A stretch of 62,008 nucleotides of DNA from positions 1 through 62,008 of IMG/VR virus record IMGVR_UViG_3300023184_000001. One strand, given 5' to 3'. The position numbers were made by a program, and so were the translations under genes. The notes under the pieces are model-generated. The model was not told where the DNA came from. It worked only from the letters and a program-made list of their open reading frames with translations, and did not search any database. This document shows, piece after piece, positions 7,231 through 17,472 of the stretch (positions within the stretch are counted from its first letter, which is position 1; every line of letters starts with the position of its first letter). The stretch is from a virus. Taxonomy: Duplodnaviria > Caudoviricetes.

Positions 7231-9683
7231 TATTTGACCCTCTCAGTAGGTTTTGGTTGCTGCATCCGCAGCCGTTGCTGTTGCTGCTGGGCTAGCTGTG
7301 ACCGGTGCTTGGCAACATCCACCCCCACGCGATCCCGTGCTGTAGCCGCTGTAGCTTCAATCTGCATCCGAGCAATCTCTTTTTGGGAGTCAATTCGAGC
7401 TTGCTCAATCGTCAACTGTGCTGCCTTGGCATGAGCTTCTGCGTTCTGTTTCTGGGCTTTAAGCTGCAGTTCCTGCTGTTTTAACTGCAGTTCCTGCTGT
7501 TGCATCTGTACAACAGGGTCTTGTTGTTGCTGCTGTGCGGCCTGCTGCTGAGCTTCCTGCTGGTTCTGCTGCAACAGTTTTTGCGATGCCTGTGCTGCCA
7601 GCATTGCAATGCGGTCGGCAAGCTCTGGATTAACCTCTTTGTTCTGGTCTTTGGTCGGCAGCGGCAGACCCATCTCCATCTCAATCTGCTTGCGGTACTC
7701 AAACGCAATGTGCTCGTTCATGTGGGCCATAGCTGCTGCCATGATCGCCTGCGCCTGCGGATTCATCTGCATCAGTTGTTGAATCTTGGGGTCCTGCATT
7801 GCCGCTTGGTGCACTGTAATATGCGCTGGGTGGTTCTGCTCGATGAACGCCTTGACCGGTTTGCCCGTAAGAAGGTCTTGGTTCTCTTGCACGGGGTCCA
7901 CTGGAACTGCATCATCTTCAGTAGGTACAAGCTTTGCTGCGTTCTTAACCCCCAAAATCTCAATCATCTGGCGGTGCAGGAGAGGGAGGTCGTATAGCTG
8001 GGGTGCTGACTGGGCCAACTGCAAAACTGCCTGATACTGCACAACCTTCTGCGCCATCGTGGCGGCGTTGGGATCACTGACCGGGATAACGTCCACCGCG
8101 TCATAGTCGGACTTCTTGATATCCCGACCCCCGCCCTCTGGCTCGTAGCTATATTCCTCTGGTGTGTAGTCAGCAATGATGACCTTCAGCAGTTTGAACT
8201 CCTGCTTCATCGCGTAGTGCAAGCGAGCCTGAACTGCAGACATGACCTTCAATGTGCGCTCAAGCAGGGCTAAAGTTGTACCCACTGGGGCGTTTGCGCT
8301 CATATCACTCACGTTCAGGTCGCCAGATGACGCGAACGCACGGCCTTCAGACACAATATTCTGAAACAGAGCAAACAGAACTTGGCTTGGCTCCTTGTAA
8401 GGCAGGGGGAGAATGTTGTCCCTGATACTGCCACTGGGCACATCCACATCCCTAAACTCGCCCGGAGCGATAGGCGTGTCGTCACCTTTGATCCGCAAAC
8501 CACGAGACTTGAGCCCACCCGGCAAGTTGCTCAACGTGCCCGCATCAACCAACTGGCGGATCAGCATGGTTGACGACTTGGCATAGCCACCAATCAAGTG
8601 GATCAGACCGTAGCCATAAAACCCGAAGCCGGGAATGTACTGGTAATGTACAAAGTGCTGGCGTTTTAGGTGAAGCTTGTCCCCCTCGTACCAATTCCTA
8701 CGCACGGATAATACGTTCGCAGTGCCCTTCTCAATAGTGACTACGTACGGCAATGCTATGCCTGTCATCTCACCGTCTTTGTTCGTGTCCTCATACCCCT
8801 CAAGGTCCAAGTCAACGTGCATCTCTAGCAAACGGAACCGATTATCCTGCGTAGCAGTCAAGCCCATTTCCTCGGCTTTCTGCTTCTCAATGTCGTCTAA
8901 GTCGTTCGACGGCTCACCAAGCTCAACCTCTGAGTAGAACCCAGCGGCCATGAGCTTCTTTAGCTCGTTCGGTGTTTTCCGCATCACGTGGGTTACACGC
9001 TCCGCTGTCTCCAAACTAGACGCACCATACGGCACCACAATATCCTCAGCGGGGATAAACATAGCAACCTGCCGACCTTTGTTCGGGTCGTAGTACACCT
9101 TCTTGAACGCACTACCCGCGAGCGGCAACGACCACAACAGCTTCTCATGCTCTGGCCGATATTCAGCCATTACGTCGGTCAACTGATAATTCATATCGTC
9201 ACGAACACGTGCCGCAGACTCCTCGGCCAACAAGTCAGTCGCCCCGATAATCTGAGTCTTCACCGGACCCATAGCCGGGAATGTCTCCATCATGGCTTCT
9301 GACTGGAACCTTACAACACTCTCGGTCAGCATCGGGTGAAATACACCACAAGCACCCTGCCAAGGTTCTGTGCGCTCTTCGTACTTCAAGCCCAATAGCT
9401 TTAGCCCCTCCACATATGTACGCATCCAGTCCTTGCGGTCCGCTAGGTCTTTATCAACCTCCGACACAAGCTCAGAACCCAGAGAAGCCAGAACTTTGTC
9501 GCTGATGTATTCAGCAAGGTTGTCGTCAAAGCCCTCCTCGTTGTCTTCCCCCGGCTCCAAGTCAATCTCCATACCGTCCGTACCAATGTGCACAGCCTCA
9601 GGGTTTTCGATCTCAACTTCAATGTCGGGCTGCAGTGACTCAAGCCCCTGAGGAGCCGCGTATAAACCTTTGTCCATTGCCAT
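7230..9683 (-). CDS. Portal protein (P22-like, Q-rich C-terminal barrel)
   Basis: 817 aa following the terminase; GSAFKKVYYD and GFYGYGLIH motifs; Q-rich helical tail. Confidence 0.85.
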   Translation of the reverse strand: MAMDKGLYAAPQGLESLQPDIEVEIENPEAVHIGTDGMEIDLEPGEDNEEGFDDNLAEYISDKVLASLGSELVSEVDKDLADRKDWMRTYVEGLKLLGLKYEERTEPWQGACGVFHPMLTESVVRFQSEAMMETFPAMGPVKTQIIGATDLLAEESAARVRDDMNYQLTDVMAEYRPEHEKLLWSLPLAGSAFKKVYYDPNKGRQVAMFIPAEDIVVPYGASSLETAERVTHVMRKTPNELKKLMAAGFYSEVELGEPSNDLDDIEKQKAEEMGLTATQDNRFRLLEMHVDLDLEGYEDTNKDGEMTGIALPYVVTIEKGTANVLSVRRNWYEGDKLHLKRQHFVHYQYIPGFGFYGYGLIHLIGGYAKSSTMLIRQLVDAGTLSNLPGGLKSRGLRIKGDDTPIAPGEFRDVDVPSGSIRDNILPLPYKEPSQVLFALFQNIVSEGRAFASSGDLNVSDMSANAPVGTTLALLERTLKVMSAVQARLHYAMKQEFKLLKVIIADYTPEEYSYEPEGGGRDIKKSDYDAVDVIPVSDPNAATMAQKVVQYQAVLQLAQSAPQLYDLPLLHRQMIEILGVKNAAKLVPTEDDAVPVDPVQENQDLLTGKPVKAFIEQNHPAHITVHQAAMQDPKIQQLMQMNPQAQAIMAAAMAHMNEHIAFEYRKQIEMEMGLPLPTKDQNKEVNPELADRIAMLAAQASQKLLQQNQQEAQQQAAQQQQQDPVVQMQQQELQLKQQELQLKAQKQNAEAHAKAAQLTIEQARIDSQKEIARMQIEATAATARDRVGVDVAKHRSQLAQQQQQRLRMQQPKPTERVK

Positions 9684-9701
9684 GATGTATCCTTTGTGCT
9701 C

Positions 9702-11225
9702 TTAAATTGTGTAGAACCGCTCTCGGCGGCTACCTTTGAACCATTTGATCTCGTCGGGCTCGTCTGAGGGCAGGCGAAGAAAACCACCCTGCCTAAACCT
9801 CATTAGGGCTAATGTTGTTGCGTCAACCAAGTCATCGTGCTCCCCGGAAGGAAACGAAGCAACTTCGTCAACTAGCTCCTCGGCCCAACGGGTGCGTGGA
9901 ATCCACACCTTCCCAGACGCAATTATGTCTGATACAGCGTTTAGGCGGGCAATTTTGTCTTGGCCCTTACCCGGCGTGAACTCTTGCACCGGTATGCCCA
10001 TTGCCCGAAGCTCGTAGATCAAGGGTGCACCGCTGGCCTTCTTTTCAATCAACACCCCGTCGGGCTCGTACTCGTTGTACTCCCTGAGCACATCTTTCTT
10101 TAAGTCAGGGTACTCAACCCGTTTCTTATATGTATTGAGCAGTATTATGTTAGGCGCACCGTGGTCTTCATGCAGATTAAATACGCCCCATGTGGTCCCT
10201 GCAGAGTAGTCTGCCCGCTGAGTTTTCTCAAACGCTGTGTCCCATGTCTGCAAAATGTAGTCACAGTGGGGTGGGTCATCTTTCTCCCACCACTTCCACC
10301 AATCGCGCTTGATAATTGCACTCTCATTACCTATGGGGTTCTGTTGGTACTGTGCTTGCCACTTTGAGTTTGGTAGCTCCTCTCGGAGGGCTTGAAGCTC
10401 ATCTAGCGCCCAAAACTCAGGCCAAAGGGAAGAACCGGACGGCAAAATAGCAGGGAACTCAATAACCTCCCACTCCTCGCCCGACCTCTGGGCAGCAGAT
10501 TTCAGCACCTGCCCTGTCAAATCTCGGCTCGCCCATCGAGTCATCACAATAACAATAGCTCCACCCGGCTGCAAACGCTGTCTTGGCCCAGATGTGTACC
10601 ACTCGTACACCTTATCGTAGATTTCTGGGTTACTTGCGGCCATCGCAGCCTCTTGCTCCGAGTGCGGATCGTCGATAATGAGCACATCTGCGCCCTTACC
10701 GGTCACTGTACCGCCCACACCAATGGCAAAGTAGTCACCACCCTTGCTGGTATTCCATCGGCCTGCGGCCTTAGAGTCTGCTTGGAGCGTCAATTCAGGG
10801 AAAATATCGTGGTAAACCTCAGAATCCACTAAATTTCGGACTTTTCGGCCAAAACCTACAGCCAACTCGCCCGTATTTGAGCACTGAATCACTTTTTTGC
10901 CGGGAAACTTGCCCAAAAACCACGCAGGTAGCAGGTAAGAAGCAAATTCCGACTTGGTATGTCGGGGCGGCATGTTAATGATCAGCCGTTTACAGGTTCC
11001 GTCTGCTACTCGCTCAAACGCATCGGCCATCCGCTTGTGGTGCCTACCTGAAATGAAGCTCGGCCACACCGCTTCCACAAACTTGATGAACCTAGTCTGG
11101 CTAAGTTCCCGGTACTTCATCGCCTCCAGCTTATTAAGCTGTGCTTCTAGTACCCGTAAGTCGGATTCGGAGAGTTTTCCCGCACTAATTAGAGTCTCGA
11201 TATCCCTGAGCGAGATGTCACTCAT
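9702..11225 (-). CDS. terL: Terminase large subunit
   Basis: INMPPRHTKS Walker A, LIIDDPH Walker B, WDTA and HDDLVDA nuclease motifs. Confidence 0.95.
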   Translation of the reverse strand: MSDISLRDIETLISAGKLSESDLRVLEAQLNKLEAMKYRELSQTRFIKFVEAVWPSFISGRHHKRMADAFERVADGTCKRLIINMPPRHTKSEFASYLLPAWFLGKFPGKKVIQCSNTGELAVGFGRKVRNLVDSEVYHDIFPELTLQADSKAAGRWNTSKGGDYFAIGVGGTVTGKGADVLIIDDPHSEQEAAMAASNPEIYDKVYEWYTSGPRQRLQPGGAIVIVMTRWASRDLTGQVLKSAAQRSGEEWEVIEFPAILPSGSSLWPEFWALDELQALREELPNSKWQAQYQQNPIGNESAIIKRDWWKWWEKDDPPHCDYILQTWDTAFEKTQRADYSAGTTWGVFNLHEDHGAPNIILLNTYKKRVEYPDLKKDVLREYNEYEPDGVLIEKKASGAPLIYELRAMGIPVQEFTPGKGQDKIARLNAVSDIIASGKVWIPRTRWAEELVDEVASFPSGEHDDLVDATTLALMRFRQGGFLRLPSDEPDEIKWFKGSRRERFYTI

Positions 11226-11856
11226 CTTGAGTTTGCTCTAGTTCTTGGGGGTCTAGCTGGCAGAGGTATGGGTCTGATTCTGGCTCCGGCTCGGGCATAG
11301 GTGTGGGTAACCCCAACTGCTCGTCCAGATCATCTATTGGGGTTACGTCCGTAACCGTTGTGTTCAGCAGGCGCTTGATCCGTTCCTTGATGGAGTTCTC
11401 TAGAGACGAAGACGTTGTGTGGTGCACAGTAATCTCGCTGCGCTCAGTGAAGATACCAATGTCGCTGTGCTTGCCAAGAAGCTCCAATGCCTTGAGTTCA
11501 AACCGGGGGTCGCCGCAGTCAGCAAGTTCAATGAGCTTGTTGGTAATAAAGTTACGGGCTTGAATTGCATCTGCAATTGCTTGGTAGTCGTACGCCTTGA
11601 GAATTTGCGCAGCTTTCTTAGCCACGCCGGGGATAGATACAGTTTTTGGTTCCTCACCCTTTGCCTCTCCCTTGATTAACGCACGGGCTCTGGCTTCATC
11701 CTCTTCAGAGAAGTCGATGCTGCCACCGAGTTGATCTATCAGGTCCGCAGTATTTGCAGCAATGGCAATACTGTCTGCGTGCGTCTTGGGTCTGTCAGCA
11801 GACAGATCAAAAGGCAGAGGGTGTTCTGCAGTAGGCGTAATTTCTATCATAAGCAC
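11218..11856 (-). CDS. Putative terminase small subunit
   Basis: Overlaps the terL start; LKALELLGK..IGIFTER motif; first gene of the late arm. Confidence 0.5.
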   Translation of the reverse strand: MLMIEITPTAEHPLPFDLSADRPKTHADSIAIAANTADLIDQLGGSIDFSEEDEARARALIKGEAKGEEPKTVSIPGVAKKAAQILKAYDYQAIADAIQARNFITNKLIELADCGDPRFELKALELLGKHSDIGIFTERSEITVHHTTSSSLENSIKERIKRLLNTTVTDVTPIDDLDEQLGLPTPMPEPEPESDPYLCQLDPQELEQTQDE

Positions 11857-11896
11857 CGGGTTAGCGGGAGATGCGCCAAATGTAACACAAAAATAT

Positions 11897-12120
11897 ATGG
11901 GGGTGGGGGTGTTCGATTTAGAAAAGTGACGGGGGGTGTTTCTAGGATGGGAAGTAGGAGGAGCAGCTTAGGAAATTTTGTAGGGGGGTGGGGGTGTTTT
12001 GTTTGGTTTGTTGCCGGGGGGGGTGTTTTGTTATGAAAAGTTTAATTTGGGGTGTCGGGTGAGCGGCGCATAGAGTAATGGTACTCGGTACCCGAATCCT
12101 GTATTTTTGGGGTGGTGGGG
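11897..12120 (+). repeat. G-run-rich low-complexity tract
   Basis: Many G4-G8 runs (ggggtgggggtg, ggggggtgggggtg, gggggggggtg) in non-coding DNA. Confidence 0.7.
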
Positions 12121-12287
12121 TCGCTGTCAACGTCAACACCTAACAATGTTAGGCCATATGGGGTCTATTTATTGTCCATGCTTATTATGGTTTATCGCAT
12201 TACTTTGTTATACATTAGAGGCATCGGTTGATCGCAACCGTTCGGTTTCCTAGTCTGCTACTAGGTGCATAGTCAAAAGGGTTTATC

Positions 12288-12806
12288 ATGAGTGCATTAG
12301 TTATTACCACGCCCGCATCGTCCGCTATCGCTATCCTGCGTGCTCGGGCCGTAGAATCAGAGTCATCGGTGTATGGTGCTCGTAGGGCTTACGCTCAGGG
12401 CATAAACGGGTTGTCCGATATCGCATGGTATCGTGATGGGGTTACTTTGCCGAAGGCCATCGCCGAAGAAAAATCAGAGTATTACAAGGCCTTGAAGGCC
12501 ATCGGTTATTCGAACCCGTCGAACGCTTGGAAGATGGTCAAACAGTATGCTTTCGAAGCTGCGAAAGCCGAAGGGTTATTCGGCGAAGTCACCGAGACCA
12601 AAGGCGAGACCGAAGGCGAGACCGAAGGCGAGACCCGCGAAGCCCGTTCACTGACTCTGCGCATGGTCGAAGAATTGACCAAACTGCACAAGGCTAGCAT
12701 GAAAACCCGCGACAACAAACCAGAGGAATACACGGACAAAATCCGGGCCGCTCATGGGCACGTTATCTCGGCCTTGAAATCAATGGGTGTCGATATCGGT
12801 ATCTGA
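12288..12806 (+). CDS. Hypothetical early protein
   Basis: 172 aa isolated ORF followed by a terminator and flanked by palindromic sites; internal ETEG repeat. Confidence 0.75.
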   Translation: MSALVITTPASSAIAILRARAVESESSVYGARRAYAQGINGLSDIAWYRDGVTLPKAIAEEKSEYYKALKAIGYSNPSNAWKMVKQYAFEAAKAEGLFGEVTETKGETEGETEGETREARSLTLRMVEELTKLHKASMKTRDNKPEEYTDKIRAAHGHVISALKSMGVDIGI

Positions 12807-12849
12807 TCAACCGGGGCAGGGTTTACCCTGCCCTAACAATGTTAGGCTT

Positions 12850-12874
12850 GCCCGGTTTTTACCGGGCTTTTTTT
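12850..12874 (+). terminator. Rho-independent terminator
   Basis: GCCCGGT-TTTT-ACCGGGC followed by a T run. Confidence 0.8.
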
Positions 12875-13046
12875 CGTCTGCGTTTTTTGTGCCTAACCTA
12901 ACATTGTTAGGCTGGCTCTTACCAGTTCTCTTGTCCGGGTTCGGGGCTGGCGCTGGATTTGCTGCTGCGGTGGAACCCGCAGGGGCTTGGGCTCTTCACT
13001 GCTAGTTCTCCCGTCCGGGTTCGGGGCTGGGTGATATGCTGCACGC

Positions 13047-13075
13047 AGCATATCAGTATTTTTTGCGCTTGTCAA
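13047..13075 (-). promoter_or_regulatory. Leftward sigma70-like promoter TTGACA-17-TATGCT
   Basis: Perfect -35, extended TG, 17-bp spacer; -10 overlapped by the inverted repeat 13032-13055. Confidence 0.55.
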
Positions 13076-13112
13076 GTCTTTTTTGCATTTACCCTAACAT
13101 TGTTAGCGCGAT

Positions 13113-13273
13113 TGCCTATTTTTTAAGCAGTTGTATATTGTTACGTTCCCCCCAAACTGCCTATTTTTTAAGCAACTGCCTATTTTTTAAGCAACTGCCT
13201 ATTTTTTAAGCAGTTGCCTATTTTTTAAGCAGTTGCCTATTTTTTAAGCAGTTGCCTATTTTTTAAGCAGTTG
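13113..13273. repeat. 19-bp tandem repeats TGCCTATTTTTTAAGCA(AC/GT): 6 tandem copies plus 1 isolated copy
   Basis: Units start at 13113, 13158, 13177, 13196, 13215, 13234, 13253. Confidence 0.9.
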
Positions 13274-13719
13274 ACGTTATGTTTGGGGCTGTTATGTTAT
13301 GTTTTGGGGGCCTAATGTTATTTTTAGATTGTGAAAAACGGGCTGGAAGCCCTGCGGCACAAGGGTTCCTTGCTATTATGTTTAATGTTATAATGTTACA
13401 CGAGGGGTATGAGAGTCGGAAAAGTACAGAACGCAAGAAAAACGCGCCATGAGCAAATTGTAGCACAGACCGTTTCGGACGCCATACCGTTTTTTTCACG
13501 TAACTATATCACACCAGCACTTACTACTACAATATAATATAAATACTAATAAAATCAAGTTATAGATCAACCACTTACGAATTCACCAAAAAACACCTCC
13601 TGCGTTACAAACCCGAAAACCACTCCTAACTTTATAGCACTTTTATAACTTCACCTTTTTGCCCCCTCTTGCCCCCAAAACCTTTACTCTTGCCCCTTGA
13701 GCAAAGCTCCTGCTTACAC

Positions 13720-13748
13720 TTGACTACCACATAACAATGTGGTACACT
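13720..13748 (+). promoter_or_regulatory. Early sigma70-like promoter TTGACT-17-TACACT
   Basis: Consensus spacing with extended TG; palindromic site at 13799 in the leader. Confidence 0.7.
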
Positions 13749-13837
13749 ATAGTCTCAAGTGGGAGATCGCCCCTTGAACACGGCAAACAGCCAACCAGCC
13801 TAACAATGTTAGGTCTAACAGCAAAGGAAGACACAAG

Positions 13838-14074
13838 ATGGGCCAAGTAAAGGCACTCCTCCACACCTGCACAGAGTGCGGGGACGACATAGACCCTCGG
13901 CGAGTTGCTTTGGGGTACAGGCTCTGCCTGTGGTGCGGCGAAGAAGCCGCAACGACCGAACGGAGGGGATGGACTGTGGTGCAGGAATACACCAAAGGCA
14001 ACTATCAGTTCATTACCCCTACCGCAGTAGTAGTAACCTTAAAGCAAACTAATCCGAAGGAGATACGGACATGA
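13838..14074 (+). CDS. Zinc-finger protein (DksA/TraR C4-like pattern)
   Basis: CTECGDDIDPRR..LGYRLCLWC. Confidence 0.6.
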   Translation: MGQVKALLHTCTECGDDIDPRRVALGYRLCLWCGEEAATTERRGWTVVQEYTKGNYQFITPTAVVVTLKQTNPKEIRT

Positions 14075-15312
14075 AGCGCCCCTACATCACCCAATACTTT
14101 GAAACCCCCAACGCATCGGGGAAAAAGCCAGCATCTACTGGCTACGCTGCAACCCTGCGCGGTGCACGCAGGAACATGGCCGTGCGCATAGTCCTCGGCC
14201 AATACGGGTTGGCTATAGTGGCCGAGCGGGAGAAGGCAACGACTGTGCCCCTGTGCACCATGCGCAGGACAACTGCGGGTCTATCCATTAAGGAGATGCA
14301 GACATGATATTTGAAGTCGAACTAAAACGGGAGTCCTATGTGGTGCTCGCCATCGAAGCAAACAACCCTGACGAAGCCGAGGCCAAAGCATGGGAAGAGA
14401 TAGCTCGCACCAACCCCCGCGAAGAAGGGTACTGGAGCATCGAGTCTATTGAAGATGCAGGAGGAGGAGCATGAAACGCTTTTTATGGGAACTTATCCAA
14501 GCCAGCATAGTTGCTGCCCTGCTCGGTGGGCCGCTGTTTTATTACCTTTTAGTGGAGATGAAACCATGAACGGAAAACCAATGCTATATCTAGACCAGTA
14601 CGGGAGCCGCTTCTGGGCTAACACTGTTAGGGAGTTGCGCAAGCAGATCGGCATGGGCGGCTCCAAGGTATCGAAGATGTACGTAGATAAGAAGGATGGC
14701 AGCACGGTGCACACTGGCTACGTAGTCGGCCAACACTGGCTAACAGCATATACACAAGTGGAGATGAAACCATGAACGACGAATTAAAAGACCTGCTCAG
14801 GCGGGTGCGGCATGCCAAAGAGATTCTTGGCATGGGTGGTTACGACCATGCTTATAGGGCAAACAAAGTGTTAGAAGTGGTCGCAGACAAACTGCGCTAC
14901 CTGTGCAAAATCACCGAGGATGAATTTGAACCAACACACAAAGGAGAAACGAAATGATCACCAACACATTCACCACAGAGGGCAACAAATACCATGTTGA
15001 GTCCCTCGGCAACGGGTGGGCGTACTCAGTCACCTGCCAGCGTACGGGTAAGAACTTCTTTGTGCAGGACAGCGATGCCGACACTCTGCAAAAGGAGACG
15101 GATGACTTCCAGTGCATCGGCGCACTGGACAACTATATGGAGGCCCTTGGGGGAGAAGCATGACTAGGTTCTTTGTGTCTGGCTGGAGCACTAGGTTCAG
15201 CGTGTGGCACTCCGAGGTCATCGAGGCCAAGAGCAAGAGTGCGGCCAAGGAGCGGTTCGCTGCCCTGCGGCCTACGCTGAAGCACATCAAGGTGCTGGTG
15301 CTGGGGAATTAG
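14071..15312 (+). CDS. Chain of translationally coupled small early ORFs (14071-14307, 14304-14474, 14471-14569 membrane peptide, 14566-14775, 14772-14957, 14954-15163, ~15160-15312)
   Basis: ATGA stop/start overlaps and GGAG RBSs; several are below the ORF-track cutoff. Confidence 0.65.
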
Positions 15313-15345
15313 TGGTTTTAGTTTAGTTTTACTTTAGGAGCTAGC

Positions 15346-16281
15346 ATGTACGGCAATTCAGGTATGAAAGAGATCAAGCGCATAGTGACGTATGCGGAGG
15401 CGAAGCTGCGGTACGAGCAGATCAAGCCCATCCGTGGCAGGGCTGGGGATGTGCGCCCACTGGGTAATCGGAAGAATGACAGCTACCGTATAGCTAAGCG
15501 GGTTAACCCGCTCAATGACACTACGTCCTATCAGTGCATCCTGTACCGCACCCCGATGGTTGAGTTCAAACCAGATGGTGATGTGGAGATCAACATGGGC
15601 GGGTGGGTCTCGACTGCAAACCGGACGTTTATCGAGCGCCTGCTGCACCTTAGCTGTTACTCAAAGAACGGTAGTAGTGTGCTGTGCCTTGGCAATAACG
15701 CCGAGGTTGTGCTGCACAAAACCAAGACCACAGTGATTCGTCGGCTGGAGGACTATCCATTCACGTGGGAACTAATGGTGAGTGAGCCGGTGTATGAAAC
15801 GCAGCTAAATAAGAAAAAAGCCAACGCTGTCCGGGCGCAATACAGCGAGTTTGAGAAGTACCTGAAAGGCATGGTGAACCTGCGGACAGAACAACGGGAA
15901 GCTAAAAATCACATGGGGGGCAGATACGAGTTGCCCCCAAGCATAAGGTTTGACAAAACCGAGTTTGCCGACATGGAGGTAGTGGCTTTCCGTGGTGATG
16001 TACGCACCGAGAACTTCCCGATGGAGTTAATGGCAAACGACCAACCGGAAGAGAGCAAGCACAGCAACTTCTACAGGGCTGCGCTTGAGATCGTTATGGC
16101 TATACGAAGGGGAAATCTTCCCGGAAATTCTGGCGTACACGTGCAAGCGGATTCACTGCTGCCCGAGTTCCGCGAGATTGTGTACAGGCACCACAGCGAC
16201 GAGGTATTTGAGAAGGTGCTGCTACCCGTGGGTAAGGCAGCAAGTAAGAAGTACGACAGTTGGGTCAAGCGGAAAGAGTAA
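15346..16281 (+). CDS. Hypothetical early protein (311 aa)
   Basis: AGGAG RBS; KPIRGR..DVRPLG.R N-terminus; no confident family. Confidence 0.7.
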   Translation: MYGNSGMKEIKRIVTYAEAKLRYEQIKPIRGRAGDVRPLGNRKNDSYRIAKRVNPLNDTTSYQCILYRTPMVEFKPDGDVEINMGGWVSTANRTFIERLLHLSCYSKNGSSVLCLGNNAEVVLHKTKTTVIRRLEDYPFTWELMVSEPVYETQLNKKKANAVRAQYSEFEKYLKGMVNLRTEQREAKNHMGGRYELPPSIRFDKTEFADMEVVAFRGDVRTENFPMELMANDQPEESKHSNFYRAALEIVMAIRRGNLPGNSGVHVQADSLLPEFREIVYRHHSDEVFEKVLLPVGKAASKKYDSWVKRKE

Positions 16282-16296
16282 AGGTTGCGCTTACGC

Positions 16297-16325
16297 TTGA
16301 CATAGGTACTATATTGTGTTACAAT
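16297..16325 (+). promoter_or_regulatory. Sigma70-like promoter TTGACA-17-TACAAT
   Basis: Near-perfect consensus; palindromic site at 16362 lies between it and the RBS. Confidence 0.8.
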
Positions 16326-16394
16326 GTAGCTTGATTAGGGGCAATACCGCCCGGTTAGTGGCCTAACAATGTTAGGTATTTTGTGGAGTTAGAA

Positions 16395-17462
16395 ATGGCT
16401 GAAGTTTCATTTGGTAAGAGCATCACGCTCAAGCAGGCTGCGAATCTGATTTGCAGCAATCCCGAGACACGGTTCCTCTTGCAGGGCGAGCCGGGTATTG
16501 GCAAGTCCTCTCTGCTGGAGATGATTGCCTCCCGTATGGGCTATGCCCACGCATACATAGACGTACCAAACATGGACCTTGGGGACATTGCGATGCCTGT
16601 CATCGACCATGACACCAAGACAACCCGGTATTACCCAAACGCTAGGTTCAAGGTGCACACTGGTGAACCTGTGGTGGTGATGCTCGACGAGTTCACCAAG
16701 GGTGCCGAGCCAGTGAAGAACATGCTGCATCCTATGCTGGAGAAAGCCAATCCACGCTTGGGTGATATCAGTCTCAACAAGGACTTGTTCATTGTGTTCC
16801 TGACGGGCAACCTGAGCACGGATGGGGTGGGCGACAACCTGAAAGCACATAGCCGTAACCGCTTGGTGCCCGTGACCATCAGTAAACCCGATGCCGACCA
16901 ATGGATCGAGTGGGCTATCGGCAAGGGCATCGAGGCCGAGGTGATTGCATGGGTGAGTCGGTTCCCGCAGGTGCTGGCGTCCTACACGGACGGGGGGCAG
17001 AACGACAACCCGTACATCTACAACCCCAAGAGGAATCAAAACGCCTTTGTCTCTCCCCGGTCATTGGAGACTGCATCTAACATTGTTAGGACTAGAAAAC
17101 AAAACGACCCCGATGCAGTGATCGCTGCGCTTACCGGTGCTATCGGTGAGTCCGGTGCTAGGGATATGCAGGCATACATTGAGTTTGCCGACCAGCTACC
17201 AACGTGGGAGGCTACGGTGACTAAGCCCGACACAGCGCCTGTGCCTACTAGCCCCGGTGCATGTGCCATCGTGGTGTTTGGTGCTATCTCCCGTGTGACC
17301 AAGGAGACCATGACACCGTTCATGCAGTACCTTGAGCGGTTCGCACCTGAGTGGCAAGCAGTGTTCGCAGTCAACATTGCCAAGACCCCGGCCAAGCAGT
17401 CCATTGCGTTCAGTTGCAAGGCGTTCGCCGACTGGTGTGCGAAAAACAACGACCTACTTTGA
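16395..17462 (+). CDS. MoxR-like AAA+ ATPase
   Basis: GEPGIGKS Walker A, VVMLDE Walker B, FLTGN sensor, SPRS motif. Confidence 0.85.
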   Translation: MAEVSFGKSITLKQAANLICSNPETRFLLQGEPGIGKSSLLEMIASRMGYAHAYIDVPNMDLGDIAMPVIDHDTKTTRYYPNARFKVHTGEPVVVMLDEFTKGAEPVKNMLHPMLEKANPRLGDISLNKDLFIVFLTGNLSTDGVGDNLKAHSRNRLVPVTISKPDADQWIEWAIGKGIEAEVIAWVSRFPQVLASYTDGGQNDNPYIYNPKRNQNAFVSPRSLETASNIVRTRKQNDPDAVIAALTGAIGESGARDMQAYIEFADQLPTWEATVTKPDTAPVPTSPGACAIVVFGAISRVTKETMTPFMQYLERFAPEWQAVFAVNIAKTPAKQSIAFSCKAFADWCAKNNDLL

Positions 17463-17472
17463 GGAGATAAAC

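Noticed and set aside
13113-13273. CRISPR array
   Set aside because: Repeats are 19 bp and directly tandem with no unique spacers; no cas operon (the Cas4-like nuclease is a typical replication-module exonuclease)
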